From: Botryllus schlosseri
Taxonomy: Eukaryota
Direction of reading: 5' to 3'
DNA: 64,000 nt
Assembly: GCA_051294905.1 (NCBI GenBank)
Contig: CM119376.1
Coordinates: forward strand, 28,520,001-28,584,000
Shown here: positions 55,010-64,000 of the stretch, one piece after another
How the letters are laid out: each line of letters starts with the position of its first letter
How positions within the stretch are numbered: position 1 is the first letter of the stretch
The notes under the pieces: generated by a model
Database searches by the model: none
What the model saw: only the letters and a program-made list of their open reading frames with translations
What the model was told of the DNA's origin: nothing
Made by a program: the position numbers and the translations under genes

Positions 55010-55150
55010 AATTGAATAGTATATTCATATTGAAATACACCCGAATATTTTCGGCTGAGACTCCTCAGGGATAATCGTCAGTAACTAGTAGAGGATTGGA
55101 AAAAACATTGCATATCAACAGATGAATAGTAAAATGCTGTGCTATTGCAG
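55010..55150. mobile_element. TIR plus internal fragment of the long-TIR MITE family
   Basis: ATTGAAATACACCCGAATATTTTCGGCTGAGACTCCTCAGGGATAATCGTCAGTAACTAGT followed by sequence homologous to the reverse complement of about 16590-16650. Confidence 0.65.
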
Positions 55151-56177
55151 CGATGTGAGATCAATAGCAGTACGTGGTGTACAAGGGTGCAGTGGCATTA
55201 TATAACAGTGGGTTGCAATGCATAACTGCGTGAATTTAATGAATTTGCAAAAGTAAACGTAAATAAAATAAATGCAACAAATGTGATTTTTCATCTATTG
55301 ATTTTTTCATCATCTTCCCGACCTAACTCTTCACATTCTTACTTTTCAATATTCAATGTGAATTTGAGCACGTTAAATATATTCCCTATAATCCTTTTCT
55401 TGTGCCCCGGGCTGCCTGCCCCATAATGTCGTTATTTAGGAGCTCATTATAAAAAATAAATATCAATTGATTTTTACACCAGAGTGGATCCAAAGAATGC
55501 TTTCAACATAGCTCTATACGCAGTTTCACAAATAGGTTTTGGATAGGATTTTACTTCCATTTTCTAGCACATACCGTCATTCATTTTTATTTAGAATTAG
55601 GATTTCCGGCGGTTTAATTAGTTATTAGAAGGCTCGCCTAATATGGTCAACTGTATATATGAGATTAATATTGCTTCCTTCGCGGTTGCGAAGACGAGGA
55701 ACTCTCCTTCGAAATTATTTCTTAGAAGTCCAAACTATAAATGCTCAGGCTCACAGCAATATGGCACTATGTACTGCTGTATATATCGGTAGAACAGGTT
55801 TCGGAAATATTCCGCGATATCATCTCGTCACATGAGCTATCTACACCCGTATTACCTTGTTTCAGGTTATACCACATTATGAAGTCAATTTCAAATCGCC
55901 TTATCTTTCCGCGTATCAGTGGTGTGACTCCTAAACCGCCCAATTATAATGCAAATAAATAACTACAGAGAAGATATTTCTGGGTATTCGTTGGTATACA
56001 ATATTGATTAAGTGTTTTAAGAGCAGAGCAACAGCATAAATCCAAGGACATTGTATACGATAAATCTAATGATTGATTTATCGTTTAAACGTTGAATGCC
56101 TTTTCGAGACTTGTAATATATGCTGTAATCAATATCGGCACTTGTGGTGTGTTGCATGATAAAGTTCAAATATTAGT

Positions 56178-56453
56178 GGCAAGATAGCGCAGTGGTATAA
56201 TCCGCGTCTGCAACACCAAAGGGTGCGGGTTCGAGTCCTACCGAGGTCGACTCCAGAATTCCTATCTAAGAGTTGGAGGTTTATCTAGGCTCCTCCTCGT
56301 CACCTCATCCGCGTTAGCGGTTTCTTGCAAAAAAAGCCTAGAAGTGGGCCGTGCTATAAGTCGGCAGTTACGGAAATAATGAAGAAGATCGGTCTGGTGT
56401 AAATGACCAATGTATAGTCGACAAACACCATGAATACCACAAAACAACAACAA
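56178..56453 (+). mobile_element. Full-length tRNA-derived SINE (~276 bp)
   Basis: Pol III A box TAGCGCAGTGG (56185-56195); B box GGTTCGAGTCC (56228-56238); no acceptor-stem pairing; body shared with two dispersed copies; ACAACAACAA tail. Confidence 0.85.
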
Positions 56454-56585
56454 AGCTCAAATAAAAACACCCCCCTCCAAGAGAAATATAATATTTACAT
56501 ACATATTCTGAACGGGGGATCTAATAGTGCTCCCCAATTGGATGATGCTCCTTTTTCGTTTTACGTTTCAAACGTAGATAAGTTC

Positions 56586-56940
56586 AATATGCAATCGAAT
56601 AATATTGAAATAAACTCGAATATGTTCGGCTTACACTCGTCAGGGCCTCAGGGGCAATCGTAGACAACATAGAGAATTGTAGGGATCATTGTACAATGTA
56701 CAATTAGGGTTGTCCAAAATTTGGAAATCTTCAAAATTGTCTGTTTCAATATCTCATTCTAGATATCATTGTTAAACAACAATGTACATCGACAATGGTA
56801 TCACTGGTGACGTCGTATTTGGTGATTAGATTGTTGACTATTTTGAATTCTCAACTAGTCGCTGACGATGACCCATGAGCAGTGTCAGCCGAATACATTC
56901 AGGTTTATTTCGTTTTGAATATATTATTCAATCGTATATT
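56586..56940. mobile_element. Long-TIR MITE, 355 bp
   Basis: Inverted ~85-bp arms, right end TATTCAATCGTATATT; spacer homologous (inverted) to that of 16396-16739. Confidence 0.78.
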
Positions 56941-57571
56941 CCTTAAGTTGTATGGGTAAAAGTTTTCAGTCTCTGGTACATCAGACAAGGTTTTCGTACG
57001 AGACCCTTTCATTTATTTGTACTGTGCATAGCTTAAGATTAATACGTATATGTATGTAATCATTTGATTGAGTGTGATGCCTTACACCGGTTTGACTCCA
57101 CAAAGCATAGCGCTTCGATTAAGCCTCGAGTCAAAGTCGCCCATATTATCTTTCTCGCGATCTCATTTCGTCTCGTCAGAGTTCAATTTGTTTGCTCTCG
57201 AATGACAGTAATAGCTCATTTCCCATCCGTATAATATTGTGACGCAGCGCTTCGTGTCACCAAACGGTGCCTCGCGATAAAAGCACCGACAAATCTGCCC
57301 GGGTGTAATCGCCTGTCTTCAAAGCGCTCCACGTAATACGACGCGGCGCGATCTAACATGCTCGATTTTTAGGGTTTAGACAATTTTTCTGTAGAAATCT
57401 GTCGTGAGTCAACTATATTTAATAGCAATTTTTCGCTGCCGAATTAGACTTGATAATTCGCGCCTCTGCGTAAGTCCAGCGGATCTACTTTTCGCGTGCT
57501 ATGAATCCTATACGTAACGGACTTTCAGAGGTGGTCAGTGACGAAGCATACATTTTCCAAGTACTATAGTA

Positions 57572-58145
57572 CAGTGGTTCTCAACTGCGGGTCCATGGCA
57601 AGTTTCCAGCCAAATCCCAATTCCACAATGTAAGAAGTTGGACACTTATCTATTAAATGAAGAAATAAAATATCAACTTTTAAATTGATTTAGAAGTTTG
57701 GACGTATGTTTCTGCATGGTATAGCTCTTACGTCACAATAGCGCAAGTGTTATACGGAACTGTTTAAAAGTAGCATAGACAAATCGTTTCGGACAAGTTA
57801 TATGTGAAAGCTACGGAGACTTTTAAATAAATTTCGTTAAATTCCGACAGTACAAGTAAGCGATACGTACAGTATAATAGAGGCCAGCGAATAGCAAAAT
57901 CGCATTTCTTTCAAACAATACCAACCAATCACAATCATGTTACCATTAGTGATCTTTATCAGGACTTCGCGAAGTTCGCCAAGCAGAAACTTCAATAGAA
58001 CCACACATCAATATATCGTATAAAAAGACAGCATTAAATGAAGTTTCCAATAATACATTTGAGTTGCATGCGTATATTGCAATTAAATTTAGGGGTAATT
58101 TTGATTCTTGCGATTCCGCGAGGTCAAATAGGTTGAGAGCGACTG
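57572..58145. mobile_element. Older hAT-type element
   Basis: TIR CAGTGGTTCTCAAC / GTTGAGAGCGACTG (12/14); TSD not retained on the right. Confidence 0.6.
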
Positions 58146-61100
58146 TTTTTTGGGTTTACCCTTGTACTACTTACTCAAGGGGTTGTGTTTTAGCTTACTT
58201 TCACTTCTGCACAACAGTTTTTTGACAAAAGTACTACCTTTTTGCACTTTGGATTTCGTAAAGTAGACGTCGTTTCAGGTTAAGTGTGCGAATATGACTC
58301 ATAACAGCCGTGTGAAATAGCCCCCGTATCTGTATCTGAAAATATATTGAAATTCGAAAATTTTGAAATTCACAGCGTTATTTCTACTCTACTTGAGTAA
58401 CAAGATAGCAACGCTGATTACTTTGACCAAACTTTAATCACAGTAGTAGGCTCCATATGCGATGGCTCGGTAGACTGTGCAGTAGACGATTTGCCATATT
58501 TATTTCGACAATCTCTTCCCAGGACACCACGCTTTTACTCGATAAGGAACGTTATTATTATATGTCTCGCAGCGATTCGGGCGTCATTGAGACAGATCGC
58601 TTTTCGGAAGTCGAATCGCCACCAAATAATTGTAATAGATAAGGCTACGAACCACCGTGTAGGAAGTAATTAGGCGGCGTAAGTCATTGCGCAGCGATAA
58701 TGATACATTAGCGTCGCAATGCCGGAAACGTATGACTTCGGAATCAGATTCAGACCTATCGGTTCGCCCAACACGGAAACGCGTCTGAAATATATATTAG
58801 AACTAATAATTTGTCACCCGCTGTATTATATAAGCTTGGACGACTGTAGATAATTCTATCTGTTTAATCACACTGATTCTAGTGATATGCCGGGAATCTA
58901 ATCCTAATCTAATTTGTGAAATGTTGTGATGCTTTAATATTAATTGTAATGTAGTATCTGGTTTGCCTGAAAATGCTTTAGGTGAACTGTATAGTGCGAA
59001 ACGTGCCAAGCTTTATGTACGGGCATTAGCTTATGAGAATGACCTCTCACTTGACCTGAACCTAACTTGATTTACGTTTTATATTTTTTCCAATGCGGAA
59101 TTGAATTCAATTTCCGTGTTTTTGTGAAATCAGTAATTTTGATTCTAATTCAGAAAAGCTGAATATTTTCTAGTTGTGCAAATCCGATATCATGACATGC
59201 ATCGGGTTTCGTGAACCTGTATCAGACGGGTATTCCCAGTTTTCCCATATAATTTCGAAGTGTGAATGTTGTAGGCTATATGTCACAGATTCGTTGTCAT
59301 ATCATTTGCGCTTTGTAGAACACAATTGAATGTATTATGTATGGTTCTTGAATACTTTCGGTGCGTGTATACCTTGTCATCATTTTGCTTTTCGCATTAA
59401 AACGATCTGTCCTGGTTTCATGTTCCGCTGTGGCTGTCTGTTTTTGGATTTGATAAAACGCAGTTCGTTTCGTAATACACACCGAGAATGGCGAGTTCAG
59501 AAAATTGCACTCCGCAGCTAGAATTTTAATGGGCATTTAATACGGAATGAGAAATTCGATTCTGGATATGCAGAAAATGTTTTTCGGGGTATGCTTAACG
59601 ATGAAGCTGCTGTGTAATTTCTGCATCATATTATTTTCGTGTCGCAAATATTCCCGGGTCGTATATCGTGTCAATACATTATAAAGTCATTACGTTCGTA
59701 ATAATTTGCAGCATAGAAAATACTCTTGCATGCATTAGTTGGATTACGATTTCATCAAAATTTGCAATGAATTCGCGATACTACGTCATTAACAGTGGTG
59801 CTTTCGTGGTTTTCTGTTGCTATTAACGAACTCCGTATACTTTCTTTGATGTATGCCGACAGGATGAGATTGATTACTGCGCAAAAAGGCATTTAGAACA
59901 TAATTTACCAAAATACTGAAAACGAACTCGTGTATCTAAGACCAATAAAAGGTGTAGAGTCGGTGCCTTTACGTAAGACTATACATCCGAAATACTACAC
60001 CTTAATAGAATAAGGCAATTCGCTAACACTGTCGCCAAATTGATCACGTATAAATATAGTGGGTACATGGTACATTCGTAAAGTCTTGCGCGACGAAATA
60101 TATTTAAATAAATGTACCAAGGGCCACGAAAGGCAACTTCTTAGTTGAAGGAATATAGTCATAGTGATTTAGCATATACGCGATATGTAAAATTGTCAAC
60201 AGAACTTTACACAAGGAATAACATATACGTCCCTGGTGATGTCATCATACTGATGGCTACTCATTGCGACGTCACAACAATATGAATCACATGAAATATT
60301 CAAATATGTACCTTTTTTGCGATCACGAAGAATATAATGACATAGTTCCACTCCGCATAAAGATAATTTGGCATATTTTCGACCATACTTCATTGCACTT
60401 TGAGAGAATGCCGTGGATTGATCACGTCTTCACAAATATGCCATCTCCGCTAACGCTAGCTTTGTAGTAGCCTACCATACATGTATTTATGCTGCGGTAC
60501 GTCCAATCGAAATTTACAGACTTCCAAAGTGAAAAATATAATCGAAACTATAATTTGGTTCTTATTGGCGAAGGAGCGCAGAATTCAAGTTCTCAAAATA
60601 ATCATTTCGCACAACTCGACACAAATTGTTAGAAGTATAACACTCTATTCAAATTACAGTTCTCGAATCATTGCACCCATGCAGCCCTAGTGTCGAGTAG
60701 CGTAGTGGTATGTTCTACTGTTGCAATATCAATGGTTTGTAGGCACCCTTCAATATGCACAATATTTGTCGCGAAAACGTAAATAATGAATAATAAATAT
60801 TAATCGCTATACTATATTCGACATTGCTTCATATCAATCGATACGAATTGTGAACACTTTGAGTGTAAACGTATGTGATTTGATATCTCTGCATGGAAAT
60901 ATTGCATATGTCACTTCCGTCGTGCGGAGGTATCAAGAAGCAATTTTATTGGTCGCAAATGTATGTTGTGACCAGGAAAGAAAGATTTCATTGATACGTG
61001 TAAATTCTTTACTCTGTATGGTACAGTTTTTATGATATGTTATTGTTGTTCCGTCGCTTATCACGATGCAACTATTATGCGGTTGAAACTTATTTTCAAG

Positions 61101-61890
61101 TATCGCGTTCTTTACTTGAAAATACAGACTACAGGTGTTTAAAATGACACAAACATGCACCTGCATTCGTTAAAGATTGCATGACTGAACGAGTAATATG
61201 TGTTGGTTAGGAAACATAATATTCGAACCTTTAAAATATGATGATTCCAATTTGCCGTGAAAGGAAACAAATAATAACGCAACACCGAATCCAACTATTT
61301 TTAGTTTAATTGCGACCAAATTTGGTCTCTTTCATCGAAAATGACTGGTTTGACAAATATTTCTAGCATTGCGTATAACATCATTTGCGATAGTGTTGGT
61401 GTTTTATTTCAAAACACGCGAAACCACCGACATGACCAAATACTTGCAGTGGCTGATTTTCGGTTTAGTATTACAGCCCGTACGTCAGACAAAATGGACG
61501 AAGTGATCTATCACGCATTTTGTGGCATGGCGACAAAAAGATGGTGATGATGGCAATTCAGCAGATGTCGTATGGCTCTTGAACTCGCTGAGGAACTGAA
61601 AAATAGACACGATTTCAGTCTTCATGTGAATGTATGCTTCGTTTTTCAGTCATCCTTTTAAAAGCAAACTTATGCATGCCATTCTTTGTGAACATCTCGA
61701 ACAAGTAATGAGCACTGAGGTTGGTTTCACCTGGCTCCAGGGCCTCGTGGATATAGCGAAGGTCGTGCTGACTAAAAAAATGTTGACATCACGTTTCACC
61801 TGCGGCAACTTCTATTCTTCTCCTATCTAGAGTTCATAATATTTCCCAGCACTTGGCTTGAAGGTAATCATGTTGGTAGGCCTACCTACG

Positions 61891-62118
61891 GAGTTACAAA
61901 AATGGGTTTAACAAGACTTTAACTGGAAAATGAGGAGTCAACACAATGACTCGGACTCGAGTCATAATACCATGACTCGGACTCGACCCTCTGCTCGCTG
62001 ACTTGGACTCGTACTTGACTCGGTGTTGAATTGAAAATGCCTCGACTTGACTCGAGTCAAAACTGTCAAAGTGAGATTGACTTTTGACTCGGGGCCTTGT
62101 GACTTGGTTACAACCCTG
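61891..62118 (+). mobile_element. Right half of the GACTCG-repeat MITE
   Basis: Colinear with about 9540-9765; ends TTACAACCCTG; no left TIR. Confidence 0.85.
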
Positions 62119-62216
62119 CCGTACATTCAAGTTGATTCAACTATACTGAACGTTCAATATGATACCTTACAAGTGCATAGTGAACAATAGCACTGATCAG
62201 TGATCAGTGATGATAA

Positions 62217-62379
62217 CAGAGTTACCCCAAGTCCTCATTCGGGACTCGAGTTGGGAAAATGCCCTTTTTTTAGTCGACACAAGAGTATTTCCCGTAAAGA
62301 TTTTAGAACCAGCGGTTTTCTAGTCCGAAAATCTAACTTTTGTGATTTGTAAAAAGGATCCCAAAATATGGTAACCCTA
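62217..62379. mobile_element. Short GGTTACC-type MITE whose right end was the target of the next insertion
   Basis: CAGAGTTACC / GGTAACCCTA; removing 62383-63525 reconstructs TSD GATGATAA vs GATTATAA (7/8). Confidence 0.6.
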
Positions 62380-62382
62380 GAT

Positions 62383-63517
62383 CAGTGGTTCTCAACCTTT
62401 TTGTCCCCGCGGATCCCTTTTGGGCCGTCACGGACCCCCGCGGACCCCCGACGTTTTAGCTAATTATTAGCTAAATATTCGCACAATCATCATCTGCCTT
62501 ATGCAAATGATAACTGTAGGGCTAGTCATAAACAGCAACAAAATGACTCTTCTTCAAAATTACCTACTATTCATGTAGAAATTACGTTGACTTTTATTAT
62601 TTCAAAGCTAATTCTGCAACCGTATTTCTTGAAATACGTAGTCGTGCCTTGAAAATCCGCACCTTCGATTTATTATGTACGCATGCTGAAAATCCATTTA
62701 GACCAGTGGTTCTCAAATTTTTTTAGACACGCCCCCCTTTACGATAGTGAAAAGATTCTCGCCCATTATTGTCATAACACAAAAAAAAACAGAATGCTAG
62801 CAAACCCAATGGATAGTTTGATTGCATGGATGGTTATACTTCTTGATGAGAGAAGTCTTCAATATGTAATTCGGGCTAAACACATAGCAACAACAACGAA
62901 CTGCAGGTAAATCACGCTAAAATAATTTTCTGTTGACCACATCTTTGTGCCCTCCTTCAGATTCTTTCACGCCCCCCAAAGGAGGTGCACCCCCTAGTTT
63001 GAGAATCACAGATTTAGACAAAGAAAGTAATATTAACGGGTAACGCTTCCGACGACACAATTGGGCATGATCGCACCAATTATGGTACCAAACACTTTTT
63101 TTATTGAGCATTTAACGTCAAGCCTGTTCATTTCTATCTAGCAGCCAATCTTGAAGTTATTATGGAAAAGTGGTTATGTATATCACAGGAGAAAATGGAT
63201 TTTTGTAAACATATCCAAGTGACAGTGATTGACCTTACTAATGCAACTATTTATTTTTTACACAATCCCCAACAAAACAGCAAAATATTTGTACCAGTAG
63301 GATATTGGCAATTAGCAGCTAAAATGAGTCTTCCCAGCAGGATATTTCATCTTTGACAGTCATTCTGTTGATGTGGGTTCTACTGCTAATGAAGAAAAAT
63401 GCCTCGTGATTTTCCTAATTTATAAAATTACAAATTCGATTAAAAACGATCTTGTAAATTCAGAGGCTTCGCGGACCCCTTGGAAATGCTTCGCGGACCC
63501 CCGGTTGAGAACCGCTG
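62383..63517. mobile_element. Non-autonomous hAT (Buster/Charlie-type) element with a nested MITE
   Basis: TIR CAGTGGTTCTCAACC / GGTTGAGAACCGCTG; exact TSD CCCTAGAT at 62375-62382 and 63518-63525; CGCGGACCCC subterminal repeats. Confidence 0.92.
62704..63011. mobile_element. hAT MITE nested in 62383-63517, same family as 6342-6622
   Basis: TIR CAGTGGTTCTCAA / TTGAGAATCACAG; exact TSD ATTTAGAC at 62696-62703 and 63012-63019. Confidence 0.9.
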
Positions 63518-64000
63518 CCCTAGATTATAATATACAACATCGATAATCGATATTTTCTAGTCAAAAATTATTATTGTTGTTTAAATATATATACAATATA
63601 CACAAAGTCATAAATGTATTCCCAATAATCTTTTTGGACTGGCTCGCATTCTATGTACCAGGCATTTACCTGGGCTCCTAATCGCTGACATCACTGCGAA
63701 TACAGTATATATTTTCATGGCGCACAGCATGACCCTGATAGGTGAAAAGTGTTATATTTCTGAACCAAACGAACTATTGAAAATGTAAAACTAATGAATG
63801 AATGAATGTATCCTTGAACGACGGTAGTAAGCCTACTTCGGAAGATGTTGAAGTAGCGGTACAGGCAAATACCGCATCGACTAGCAATAGCACGAGTGCA
63901 TTGAGACAAACGATGCTAGACATATGAAAAATAGAACACAGTGAACATATTTTAAAAACAGTTGCTATTTAATATCGGAAAGCTTGTTCATTGTGGACTT

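Noticed and set aside
56178-56250. Possible tRNA gene
   Set aside because: A and B boxes are present but the acceptor stem does not pair, and the sequence continues into a body and tail shared with dispersed copies, which fits a SINE.

Overview
Eukaryotic (metazoan) AT-rich genomic DNA with one 100-N assembly gap (13541-13640). Only one intact protein-coding gene is supported: a two-exon Six1/2 (sine oculis-class) homeobox gene on the + strand, join(42028..42776,45016..45586), 439 aa. It has a 12-Ala N-terminal tract, a SIX domain, an ETSY/K50 homeodomain and a His/Pro/Gln/Met-rich tail. The rest is non-coding sequence dense in non-autonomous DNA transposons: at least 10 hAT-type elements with exact or near-exact 8-bp target-site duplications (TSDs), several of them nested, one an almost perfect 664-bp foldback. 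Also present are a tRNA-derived SINE family, a long-TIR MITE family with a palindromic derivative just upstream of Six1/2, and a short retroelement-like 3' end flanked by an 84-bp duplication. The least expected item is a tandem pair of decayed, intron-containing minus-strand genes (about 5.9-10.4 kb) whose spliced product resembles the SAMD3-like C-terminal region; the ORF track mostly misses it. All homology calls are from motif recall, not database searches. The host taxon (tunicate-like is a guess) cannot be fixed from the window.
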